From NCBI GenBank assembly GCA_026026165.1, contig JAPEUD010000070.1, forward strand, positions 1 through 64,000: a DNA stretch of 64,000 nucleotides, written 5' to 3'. The notes beneath the pieces are model-generated. The model was given only the letters and a program-made list of their open reading frames with translations, was not told the origin of the DNA and made no database searches. Shown in pieces: positions 49,157 to 61,382 of this stretch; the stretch's first letter is position 1, and the number at the start of each line of letters is the position of its first letter. This stretch comes from Sarea resinae (taxonomy: Eukaryota). A program made the translations under genes and the position numbers.

Positions 49157-51837
49157 ATGGCCGACTTGAGCTTTGGCGGCACGGATGAGGAGAATGCTGA
49201 GCTCAAGAAGCTAAACGCCGAAGTGGTACGTTTGGATCCAGCCCTGTCCGTTTGTTCTGATGTCGTCCTGATGTGTTCTCTGCAGCTGGAAGATACCGAC
49301 AACTTCGACAACTGGGAGAAGCTTGTTCGTGCGGCTGAGTCTCTCGAGGGGGGCCTCAACCGCAACTCGAGTCCACAGTGCATCACCGCGACACGAAACA
49401 TATACGATCGCTTCCTTGCCAAATTCCCTCTCTTGTTTGGCTACTGGAAGAAATATGCCGACTTGGAGTTCTCGATCGCGGGTACGGAGGCAGCCGAGAT
49501 GGTAAGCTGAGAGACACGATCACAGAGTGCGATTGATTGACTTTTCTAGGTCTACGAGAGAGGCGTTGCAAGCATCACAAACTCGGTGGATTTGTGGACC
49601 AACTATTGCTCATTCAAAGTCGAAACAAGCCACGATCCCGACGTGATCCGAGAGTAAGTATAGAAAGCGCGATTTCCTTCCCCGTAACTTTGGCCGACAC
49701 AGCTCGATGATCTCCGTCAAATCTATGGCGGGTAGGTGGACTAGACTCGGAGGGGGTGAGATCTCATACCCAATGATTGGGAATCGCTTCTTCTCACACA
49801 ACATACCCAGGAGCTTTCCTTTCTTTCGCTACGCACAATGATCTGTCACGAGGATATACCACCTTGCATGTTGAAGACTTGAATGACGTCGGCGGGAAAT
49901 GGCAATCTAAGCATTTGCGCAATCTGTGTCTGCTTTCCTCTCTGCTTTCAATGCTCTTATTCCCCTCTCCAAATGACCCGGACTATGCTGACATGTCTGT
50001 ATCTTAGGCTTTTCGAACGAGGAGCCAGCTGCGTCGGCCTTGACTTCCTTGCCCACCCATTTTGGGACAAATACATCGAGTTCGAGGAGCGACTTGAGTC
50101 GTTTGACAAAATCTTTGCTATCCTTGACCGTGTCGTGCATATTCCGATGCATCAATACGCCCGCTATTTTGAGCGTTATCGCCAGCTCGCCCAGTCGCGG
50201 CCTGTATCCGAGCTCCTTCCCGCTGATACTCTTGAACAATTCCGTGCAGAGGTCGAGAGGGAAGGCGATCAGCAGGTGTACAAAGCTGAGCGAGGAGAAC
50301 TTGAGATCGAGAGAGATTTGAGAACTAGGATTGACAACTTCCATCTCGAGATATTTGCCCGCACACAGACGGAAGTGACGAAGAGATGGACCTACGAGTC
50401 CGAGGTGAAGCGTCCATATTTCCATGTAACCGAGCTGGACGAAGCACAGCTCGTCAACTGGAGGAAATACCTGGATTTTGAAGAAGTCGAAGGCGATTTC
50501 CGAAGGGCACAGTTCTTATACGAGCGATGCTTGGTTACCTGCGCCTATTACGACGAGTTTTGGCTTCGTTACGTTCGTTGGATGTCCGCCCAGGATGGAA
50601 AGGAAGAAGAGGTCCGCAATATCTACCAGCGAGCGAGCACTATATACGTTCCTATATCGCGGCCAGCTATTCGCCTTCAGTACGCCTATTTTGAGGAGAC
50701 GTGCGGCAGGGATGACCTCGCCGAGGATATACACAAAGCCATACTTTTCACCCTTCCTGGTCATATCGAGACGATCGTATCCTGGGCTAACCTTAAACGG
50801 CGTGTCGCTGGCCTAGATGCGGCGATTGAAGTGTACAAGGCCCAAGTTGATTCATCTGAGTGTGACATCTACGCAAAAGCCGCCCTTGTGGCTGAATGGG
50901 CACGGCTGCTGTGGAAGGTGAAAGGTTCGCCGGATGAGGCCCGACAGGTGTTCCAGAAGAATCAACATTGGTATCTTGACAGCCGTCCATTCTGGATCAA
51001 CTACTTGACTTTCGAACTGGATCAACCAACCAGCGCCGAGACCGAAGCCGTTCAGTACGCGCGTATCAAGAGAGTTCATGACGATATCCGAAAGAAGAGT
51101 CACCTGCCGCCTATGACGATCAAAGACCTTTCGCACTATTATATGGTTTATCTGTTAGAGAGAGGAACCAAAGATGCTGCCAAAGAGTTTCTCACGCTGG
51201 ATCGCGAGGTTAACGGGTGAGTCCATTCCCTTTAAGATACTATAACCATCGCTCTTCAGTCCCTAATGCCCTGGCACCCACCAAAAATCGGTCTTTGCTT
51301 TCCCTACTTCCTGCTCTTCGTCGTACTTTCAATCGAGAGCTGTCTCATGAAGCTTTGTCGCGCCGCCGATTACTTCATGAACGCCGACTGGCTGGGTACC
51401 ATCCTAACATCCCCTTCCCTCGAACTGAATTCTCCTTACCTCCAGCGAAACCATCATACGATGAGTAACCAAACACCGAAGCCGGCTCCTCTCCTTTTCC
51501 CCCTCCACTACATGGCCGCTGATGCTGACATGACCATTCTTCAGACCTTTCTCTGTCCAGTCGGCGAACAAAGCCAAGCTTGCCGAAGACGGTAAGGAAT
51601 CTACCACGGATCGGCGTCTCATGTTAGAGAACGGGCATCCCGGCGTTGCGATAGATGAGGCCGCTATTCGAAGGGGAGAGAATCCTTACACACCTTATTA
51701 TCAACAGCAAGGCGATCAGCCTGTTGCTGTTGCTGTTGCTGCTAACGGTCAGGTAAGAGTGATCCCACGTTCCGGGAATTCGGTGAAATTTGACTAACAT
51801 ATGGGACGCTCCTCAGCCACCCATTCGCTACCCCTAA
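49157..51837 (+). CDS. PRP39: U1 snRNP HAT-repeat protein Prp39
   Basis: FLAKFPLLFGYWKKYADLE, VGLDFLAHPFWDKYIEFE, KRPYFHV, ERCLVTCAYYDEFW, ENGHPG; introns 49226-49285, 49502-49549, 49654-50007, 51217-51544, 51753-51816. Confidence 0.93.
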
Positions 51838-52373
51838 AAACGTGTCCCCCCTCCCTTTGTGACCAAAGAGTATTCCCGTCCATCCAACCCTCTCAGAAAA
51901 AGCCCTGTGACTAGGCTCGGTCAATCTGCTAGCCGTTGCAGCACTTCCATTTCACGAAACAGACTTGACACGCTACTAAATCTTTCGCTTTGGTTCTGCG
52001 TCCCTCCCCTTTCGTCTCCACCCCTTTTTGTTTTGCTTATGACTCCCTCATGTGTGCATGGAGCTCGCAATCACCGCTAGTCATTCATCCGGCTTGTATC
52101 TCGTGTATGATAGATCAAAATATCAAAATCCAGCATGCTATGTAGGAAGCAGGAGCTTTGTAGAGTAAATTTAGTATCTGGTGGTGACAGGTACTAGCAT
52201 GGACGCGTGACGTAACGCAGGTCAACGAGTACACATTACTTCTCGTCGGGCACTTGGCCCAGTCTCTCCGACCTCAACTTCAATGACTCCAGCGACTTTA
52301 ATGACATTGTAACTGATCGCTGACACGCTGATGAAGCTCGCTGCATCAGACACGGCATGCGAGTATCATTCGT

Positions 52374-54235
52374 ATGAATTCCTACCTCCTCAACCGTTCC
52401 CTAGGATCCATACCGCCTTCGACTCTCTCGCGCGCGCAAACTACGCGCCTCATCTACGCAGTTCAACCTGCGCCGGGGATCCGCTTCGCCAGCAACAATG
52501 TGCGCATCAACGCTTCAGATGGACCACCGGGCTCCGACAGTGGCAGTCATGTGGAGAGGGTCTGGGCGCATCAAGCCGGCGTGAATGCGTTGGTCATTGA
52601 TCGATTCGAAGGGAGATTGTATGGCCTGCTTTCGTGTCTGATCGAACATCGGGCTGACGCATGAGGGATCTAGTATGATATCAGGAGGCGCGGATGCCTC
52701 GATCTACGTCTGGGATCTCGAAAGCGCAGAAAGCAACACCAAGGACCGTCTCTATAGACCTGCGGGGTCGGTGAAGAAGTAATCTTCTCCCAGCAAGTCC
52801 GATGCGCCACATGCACTTCAAGACTGACATTCAATACAGAACACCTCAAACCCACACGCACGGCCTAACGGCTCTGTCCTTCTACCCCTTCGACTCCGAT
52901 GCCTTTCTAAGCAGCTCCTATGACCACTCCCTCAAAATCTACTCCTCGACCACCCTGGACCCCATCGCGTCCTTTGACCTCACTTCCGTCGTCTACTCCC
53001 ATGCCCTGTCGCCCATCGCCTCCCACCTTCTGGTAGCATGCACGACGCAGCACCCTGCCGTGCGGCTCGTCGATCTGCGCTCCTCGGCCTCCACTCACTC
53101 CCTTGCAGGCCATTCCGGCGCCGTCCTCGCGGCCTCCTGGTCGCCAAAACGAGAGCACGTCCTCGCGTCCGCGGGCACGGACGGCACGGTGCGCGTATGG
53201 GACATCCGGCGCAGCGCGGGCCAACTGGGCCAACTAGACATGGAAGACTCTCGCGGACTCTTTCCTGCTGCATCCTCATCATCGACCCCGTCATCGTCTC
53301 TGCCGCCGCACCACCGCCGACAGAACAGCAAGGCTCACCTCGGCCCCGCTAACGGTGTGCTCTGGACCCCCGACGGCAACTACATCGTGTCGACGGGCCA
53401 CGACGAGAAAATCCGCGTGTGGGATGCCAGTTCCGGTGCCAACACGCTGACGTCGTTTGGGCCCGTCGTTCGCAATCGCCACCTCGCCACCTGCGCGCCC
53501 GTCATCGCGCCCCCGGGCGGCTTCCCCGGCATGCCGGGCAAGGACATGCTATTCTTCCCGAGCGAGCGGGAGATTCTCTGCTTTGAGCTATTCGAGGGCC
53601 GCTTGGTCAAGAGACTGAGGACTGTCGGTGTTGGTGCTTCTGCCTCTGTCGCCGCCGCCTCCGCCGCCACTTCCGCACCTACAGTCGCAGGAGCGGCGCC
53701 CTCACCCACACTCATTACACCCGGCCCCGCCACGCCCACCCTCGCAGCCCGCAATCCTCCTTCCCTCTCATCGACCGCCGCCGCGTCTCCACCACCCCCA
53801 CAACTCACCCGCCACATGAACGTCCGTCCGCGGGTGACGGGCCTCGCCCTGCGCGGCGCCGGCCACACCTCGCTCTACTCGTCGCACTCGGACGGCCTGA
53901 TTCGCGCGTGGGCGCCGCGCACGACCGAAGACGCTATCCTTGAGGATGGGCCGGGTAGTGATAGTGATAGTGATGGTGATGGTGATGGTGATCCGTTTGA
54001 TGATGGCGATGGCGATGGCGGTGGTGGCGACGGTGAAAGTGGTATTGGAGCGCAGCAGGCTGCTAGGGAGGGTGCGGCGGCGGGCTCGGGGGGCGGGAGC
54101 CGTCGCCTTCGCAAGAGGAGACAGCTGCTGCAGGACGTGTATGAGGATTTCATGACGGGCCAGGGCTTGGGCCAGGGAGAGAATGATAGCAATAGCAGCG
54201 ATAGGAAGAAGAGGAAGAAGGTGTCGTTTATCTGA
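52374..54235 (+). CDS. WD40 DNA excision repair protein CSA/ERCC8 (Rad28/Ckn1-like)
   Basis: AHQAGVNALVIDRFEGR, FYPFDS..FLSSSYD, VRLVDLRS..HSLAGH, VWDIRRS; introns 52619-52673 and 52779-52839. Confidence 0.88.
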
Positions 54236-54601
54236 CTGGCTGATTGGCTTCTGTTTGCCTTTGTGTGTCTTGTGCTGTTGTGTGCTGGGCTGTTCCTACA
54301 CGTTTCCTCGTTCTTATCCGTCTTTTTTGGTGGGGGGGGTGGGGGCGCAGGACGGAGGGGGTGTTTGGGTTACGTACGCGAAAATCTTACAGATTTCGAT
54401 TTGAAAAGTCTCCTCTCTCCCTCCCTCCCTCCCTCCCTCTGCCTATCTATCTCTATCTTTCTATCTGTGTATATGTACGTGTGTATTTAGAAGGACGAGT
54501 GGGTAGAGAGAGTAGAGAGTAGAGGAGAGGGGAGGGGAAAAGTAAATTCCAATCCATTCACGATTCACGACTCGCGATTCGCGATTTCGGACTTTGGCCC
54601 C

Positions 54602-54915
54602 GTAGAGTAGAGTAGAGTAGAGTAGAGTAGAGTAGATCCGGCGCTGCGCTGCGCTGTTCTATACTTAGTTACTACCGTACTACCTACAGTCGTTGTCCAG
54701 GGTTCTAGTTTGTATGTGTGTATGTGTTTTTGTATCTCTATTTCTATCTTTGCCTTCATCTTCATCTTCATTTCTATCTCTATTTCTATCTCTACCACCA
54801 TCTCCATGTCCATCTATTCACCATCTCCAACCCCAACTCCAACCCCAGCTCCAACTCCAACTTAACCAACCCCACCCCCGCCCCCCAAGAACAACAACAA
54901 CAACAACAACAACCA
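54602..54915. repeat. SSR cluster: (AGAGT)n, (CAA)n and hexamer-like repeats
   Basis: Tandem units in the gap between convergent CSA and ATG5. Confidence 0.85.
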
Positions 54916-54984
54916 AACCCACAGCATCCTCCAAACTCCCTAGACAAAAGTTCCCCCAAACAGACAACAAACGAACGAACGAAC

Positions 54985-56373
54985 CTACGCCATCATGACC
55001 ACGCCCAAATGCAACCAGCCGTCCGCGTAGGCGGCCGTGCGCATTAGTTCCTCGACGGGCGCGGCCAGCGGCACCACGGCGCCGTGCAGGACGGCGCGCG
55101 CGAGGATGGGCGTGCGACGGCTGGGGAAGAGAGAGGGGAGGAGGGCGTGCAGGGTCGTGCCTAGTGTTTGGGGCGTTTGCTGTTGGTGGTGCGAGGAGGT
55201 GGAAGAGGGGTCGGGAGAAGAAGAAGAAGAGGTGGGTTTGGGACCACCGATGGCGGCGGCGGCGGTGCCAGCGGCTGATGGGCCGATCGAAGGGGTTACG
55301 GGCGACTGAAGCACGCGCAGACTGGCTTGTTGGGGTTCTGGCTGGGGCTGTGGTTTTGAGGCTGGTGGGGCGTCGTCTTGGGTTGGCGATGAAGAGGTCG
55401 GTTCTTCGGCCAGTTGGGATAGGTGGTGCGTGGGCGGCGGAGGAGTGGTCGAGGTGGTCGAGGCCGGCGCCGAGGATGGCAGGTATATCTTCAGTGGGAT
55501 GTGTCGGAGTGGGGCCCCTGGAGGGTCGAGCAGCTTGTTGTTGATCGTGTTGAAGGAGCGGAGGTTGTCTGGGCATGTTAGTTTTGGTGTTGGGGTTGGT
55601 GTTGGCGGTGAGGTGGGAAAGTGACGTGGGGAAAGGGCAAGGACATACTGCTTTGTACGGCGTCCCAGAGCTGCGTCGAGTCGTCTTTGGAGAGCGACAT
55701 TATGCCTTTCGCGGTGCCGTTGCGGAGGAAGTCTGCCTGTGTCATACACGTACTATTCAGCGCTTGTTTTCTAGTAGCAGCAGCGGCCGCCAAAGAAGAC
55801 GGTGATCCATACCTCCTTGACGCTATTGATAAATGCATCATGCAGTACCCTGCCCTCGGCATCGAGCCGTACAAGCTGCTCATCGGGCCACCCCTCGAAA
55901 TGCAGCTCCAATCTCCACGGCAGCTGCTGCTCTCCTTCGGAGTCGCAGGTGTCGTTGCCAGGGTCGTGTTTGGGATGAGGGGATGACGGGTCGGCGCCTG
56001 AGAAGAGGTCGTAGAGGAGGCCTGCCGGGTAGTGCCATCTCAGGGGCACGCCTTCAAAGGAGAACCAGCCGTGGTGCGGGGCGGCCGCGGACGGGTTGAT
56101 GAGAGAGGGGCCGAAGAAGGCGTGCAGGCGGGGCAGGAGCAGGGGTAGGTACGAGAGGCGGGGGATGTTGACCTGGCGCAGACAGGCCGGTCAGTTTGCC
56201 AGTAAAAAGCATGAAGGCGCATCGCATACCAGGTAGGGATCGCTCTGGTCGTAGGTGCGGCATTCGGATGCGGCGAGGTGGATGGCGAGAGGGAGCGTGC
56301 CGTGCCAGATCTTGGCCTGGAGGGTGCCGAGGCTGGTGGGGTTCTGGTCGACGCTGGGCCGCGGACTGGCCAT
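54985..56373 (-). CDS. ATG5: Autophagy protein 5, 4 exons
   Basis: [82 protein letters not shown]. Confidence 0.95.
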
Positions 56374-56718
56374 GCTGGGCGGCGGAGGGGGGGATGCCAG
56401 GTGTTTACGTTGGTGTTGATGCCGAGAGTCGACTCATGGTTACTATGGCGAGGCCGTGTTGTGATGCCGTGGCTTGGTGTTGATCGACCATGATGTTCGT
56501 TTCGATAACGCTGGTGCATCCGTCTCTAGTCTACCCCGGATTTCGCTCATCTCCACTCCACGTGCAGTAGTGCCCCCTCGACTCTCGACTCTCCCAAAGC
56601 ACCAAAACACCAAGGCCAAACACACGGGAACCACAGAACCACAGAACCACAGAACCACTCTCGCATTGTCTCTGATATTCCTCTCCATGACCTGATCCCA
56701 TCGAGCCTCATCACCACC

Positions 56719-57769
56719 ATGGACGAGATGGACCTGGACGTGCTGCCCCTGGTGCCATCCCATCCCACAGCCTTTAACCCGCGCAAACGGCCCTCGTCCC
56801 CCGATCCCGTCCGTCCATTCTTCTCTCGCCCGCACGCCGAAGCCCAAGCATATTCGGAGCCGTCATTACCACCACCCTCGCTACTACTATCGCCGTCTCC
56901 ATGTTCATCTCCGTCTCCATCGCCGTCCCTGATCTCATCCGACGATTCGTTCCCCCAGCAACGCCCGAAAGACGACGTCAAGCGTCAACGAACCAGCCGT
57001 TCGGGCTTCGAAGCAATCGAAGTCATCCCCGCCGCCACGGCCTGGGAGTTTGATATCCGCAGTCTCAATGACAGTCCCGTGGCGCATTCCATAGACTCGG
57101 GAAACGACGTCCTCATCACGTCTTTCAAAGACATTGATAGTTACTACCATCACGATACCGCACAACGGCCTACGTATTCGCCGGGGCCTAAGCCCGTGGG
57201 AGGAGAAGGCAGAGGAGGAGGTCTCTTGATCCTCTGCGTCATCGGGAGTCTGGAGATTCACTACGAACTACTATGGTGCGTCTTTGCCACATATCTCTCT
57301 CAAAAAATCAACTGACCTAAATCCAATCCACAGCCAAGCCCACCCCCGCCTCCTCGCCCTCTCACCCAGCACCACCATGGTCGCAATCTCGCACGAGCCG
57401 CACCACGACCTCCTCGTACCCTCCCCCCGCCGCCCCTCCATCACCAACACCACAACAACAAGCCGCCCCAGAATCCCCATCCTCCACTCCCTTCCTACGC
57501 CCCCGCACCACCAACCCATCCTCCAGCTCGGGCTCCTCCACCCCTCGGCCGGCGGCCAACGCGCCCTCGACGCCGTCGTGGTCCTCGACCGCCGCCGCCG
57601 ACGCCGCCTCGTGCTGCCCGTGGGCTGGGGGCCGGGCCGCCATCTGCTGGCGGGCGTGGCGGGCGCCGAGCTGGTGCAGGCGCAGTTCGTGAGCGCATTG
57701 CTCGATGCCGTGGAGGAGCTTGATAGCGAGGAGAGAGAGGAGGAGGACGACGGTATGAGAAGGTCGTGA
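56719..57769 (+). CDS. Conserved fungal hypothetical protein, possible degenerate thioredoxin/AhpC-like C-terminal fold
   Basis: ACCATGG start; one intron (GTGCGT..ACTGAC..CAG, about 57276-57333) joins the two ORFs; LGLLHPSAGG..ALDAVVVLD..RRLVLPVGWG. Confidence 0.7.
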
Positions 57770-57959
57770 ATGGATTAAATGAGCAAAGTCTGTTGCTCGT
57801 ATGTGTAAGAAAAGAAAGCCGGCTATAATGGATGGGAAGGGCGAGGAGGGCGAAAGGAGGAAGACATGATCTGATCTCTATCTCATCTCTGACATCTCGC
57901 GACTGTATGGAGAAAAACGGGGAGTCTGGCGTTGGAGAAATGCATTAGCATCTGCATCT

Positions 57960-58364
57960 GTATATCTATCTGTTTATCTACTTCTCTACTTATCTACCAA
58001 TCTACTTATCTACCTATTTACGTATCTATCTACTCTCTCCTCTCTCTCCTCTTTCCTCTTCTCTCTACTTAATCTATCTAGTCTCAAATATCCTATACTT
58101 ATTTTTATTTAGTTCTTTTAGATTCAGATTCTTTGCCGTCTGTTCTTATAAGGTCTAGTAAATTTCTTCCGACATACAACTAAAAAGACGACTATACTCT
58201 ACCTAGCTTAAGTATCTAAGGTATCTACCTAGGTTATCCCTGTTTAGCCTTACTATATAGTAGTGCTTCTCTTTCCTCTTCTTTTCTTTACTTCACTTCT
58301 TTTCTTTACTTCTTTTCTTTACTTCTTTTCTTTACTTCTTTTTTTTTTTTTTTTTCTTTTCTTT

Positions 58365-58443
<79 letters not shown>

Positions 58444-58625
58444 CTTCTAGCTATCCCCTTAGACTTAATATGTACTACAGAAACCACTCAATCTAGCACC
58501 TATTTATTAAACTTACAACACAGAGTTGAACCTTTCTCTCTCTATCTCTCTCTCTCTGAAAGAATCTTGTAGAAGTAAGAGTACCTAAGAGTCGTACTTG
58601 GAATAGTAATAGTAGTAGTAGTAAT
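57960..58625. repeat. AT/TpA-rich tract with poly-T and long (CT)n at about 58367-58441
   Basis: Seen directly; no credible ORF. Confidence 0.85.
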
Positions 58626-59315
58626 CGCAGCAATGGCATTCAGACAAACCACAAACAACACCTGAAACAACGAACACATCTACGACAACCAATAACAAAT
58701 AGCAAGGATAAGAAGCCTTGCGAATTAAAACTCTCGTAAGGATGAAGAGGATAAAGAGGCGAGATCACAGTGAGAGTAGCAAGTCGTAGAAGTTATCGTC
58801 TTTTGTTTTTATTTTTTTGATTGATTGATTGATTTAAGGTCGGATTAAGTTGGCCAACTAGCTAACTAGCTAGATATATAGAAAAAGAGTCTCGAGGCCC
58901 TAAAGCCCATTCTGTTCCATTCCGTTCCATCTCTTTCCGTCTCCATTTCATTCCATCTCCGTATCCGTATCCGTCCCCGTCCAAAGCCATCTCTCTCTCT
59001 CTCTCTCTCAAAAAGGGTAGGTGGGTGTCTTAGATATCTATCTATATATCTCAAGACGGGTATCATATGCAAACAGAACAATGAAAAAAAAACGCATAGT
59101 ATACAGCCGCCCTTGGGGGTCCAGGTCGTAAAGACGTGCATGTCTAGAAAAGAAAAAAAAAACGCCTCGGTGATGCTTTTGAAAAGACAAGTCTCTCGGC
59201 CGTGATGAAGAAGAAAAGAGAAGGGGGGGCGCGCAGCCCGGAATAGTAATAGATGCATGGAAGAATCAGAAAGATCGACGAAATCCAGCATCGACGTCTC
59301 GCTTCCGTTGTTTTT

Positions 59316-61382
59316 TTAGATGAGCAGAAAATCCCAGCCGTTCTGCTTCATGACGTCCCGCCAGTGGACGTGCGCATTACAGTGCTCGTCGTGCTCGTGC
59401 TCCTCGCCGCAGCGGCTCGCGTCCGCAAGCTGCCATACTTCCTGAAGTAGGCGGGCCATGCGGCCGAAGCTGCCAAAGTCGGCCTGTTCGCCCATCCGCT
59501 GCCTGCGCTCGGCGAGGACGGTGCGGAAAGGCGAAGATGGGATCGAGACGCCGCCGGCAATTAAGAGCGGCCAGACCAGCGAGCGATCGAATCCCTCGGG
59601 CCCGCTGGGGATGTACTCAAGGCATTCGGCCAGCATGTCGACGAGCGAGGTGCAGCTGCTCGAGTAGCGGTCGAAGCCCGGCACGAGGCTGCAGAGGTAG
59701 ATTCGTGCCGCCAGCCGGTAGATGGCGGTCATGTTCTTCGAGAGTTGGCGCGGGCGGATGGCGCCCGTTGCCGAGTACGGGTTGGCGACGGAGCCGGGCC
59801 CGGGCTCCGTCAGGCTCACTTGCTCCGCTAGCAGAGTGATGTGTGAGCACAGTGTGACGCCGTCCATGCCGTTGAGCTTCAGTGCGTCAAGGCAGGCGAT
59901 CTCGGAGATGAGATACATGACTCGGTCCTCGCATCCCATGAGCTCGCAGAGCCCGGATCCCAAGGACGTGAGATGTTTCTCGCGATATGTGTTGGCAAAG
60001 ACGGGTGCTCGTCCGATCATCGTCGCTCCGAGGATGTCGATCCACGAGGCCAAGGTCATGTTGAAGGGGGGTTGGGACGAGGAGTCGGTCTCGAGGAAGA
60101 CACGAGGCAGCTCGAGCTTCTGTATTAATTCTGAGCCGGCTTGGAAGTGCTGATGCCATGGAATGTCCGGCAAGCCATCATCAGGTCGTCCCACCGAGCA
60201 CTGAAAGAAGATCATGCCGAGAGTTGCCTCGAGGATCTGGTGGTGATCCTTGTCGAGAGTCAGTGCTTCACAGAGCTCGGAGATGGTCGCATAACGATGT
60301 CGCATGATGTCGCTGTCGATCTGCTCGCCGGACAACCTCTCGGTCGTCTTGAGATGGAGCGCCGACACGCTCAGACAGCAGTGCAGGTAGCACTTGTTTG
60401 ATTGTAGGGCCGGAAGGATCACATCCGATCTGGCAGATCCATGCTGGTTGACCTCGAGGATCGGAAAGATGATCTGCAGAACATTCTCGATGAAATGATC
60501 GAGAAGTGGTCGGTCGCAGTCTTCCACCTCGATGACGGCAGGCCGTGTGGGTGTGAGATGGCCATGCGGGTATTCGAAAAAGTTAAAGTCCAATGGCTCC
60601 TCGGCCATGGACTCGCCTTTCACTTCGTACACGTCCTCTTGGATCCAGTTGTCCACCGGAAAAGAGGACAACGAGTGGTGAGGGGGAGGCGGCTGGAAGG
60701 TGCTGAAAGTCGAGGTCGAAGAGTCGCACCTCGTCGGGACGTCATTGACGTACATCTGTCGCTCGGTCTTGATGTCGACTTCATAAGGCGAATAGCAAGG
60801 GTAACCAGGAGGATAGTGAAGAGGCTGCATCGGCGTCGCGAAGGTGTCGAACTCCTGAGGCATGCATGGTGTCTGGTTGAAGTCATAGCCCAGCGACAGC
60901 TGGGAATCCACCGATGGTGCGCGAGTAAGGGTCATCGAGTCCGAATACGTATCAGACGTCGGGACGGAGCATGATAGACCAGGAGGCGATTGCGACGACC
61001 GCGGCGCCATCTGCGTCGACTTCTCCGATAGCTTGGTGCGCTTGATGATGTTCTTGATGACTTCTTTCTGTTGCCTTCGCTGCTCGTTGTTGCTCCACCA
61101 CATGGGCCGTTTGTACTCGCACTTCAGGCCAAGATGCTTGCAAGCCTTGCAGGCGGGCTTTCCTTCGTCGCACTTCTTTCTCCGCAAGCGGCAGGTAAAG
61201 CAGCCTTGAAGATATTGTTAGTATCAAGGTGCTATGCGCCTCGACGAGATCGCGTTCGACTCACCAGTTCTCGACCGTCGGTGCATCTTCGCATTCTCCT
61301 TTTCCTTCTGAGCAGCGGTCTTTTGGCCAACCATTTTCGCGGCTGTCGAATTGGCGGATAGTGAGGTAGTGTGTGTTGACAT
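59316..61382 (-). CDS. pro1: Zn(II)2Cys6 transcription factor Pro1/NosA/Adv-1
   Basis: MHRRSRTG|CFTCRLRRKKCDEGKPACKACKHLGLKCEYKRPMWW (intron 61205-61264); fungal TF domain ending VHWRDVMKQNGWDFLLI. Confidence 0.95.

Noticed and set aside
51215..51266. Possible stwintron at PRP39 intron 4
   Set aside because: Excising the inner 43 nt would create GTCCCT, which is not a plausible donor
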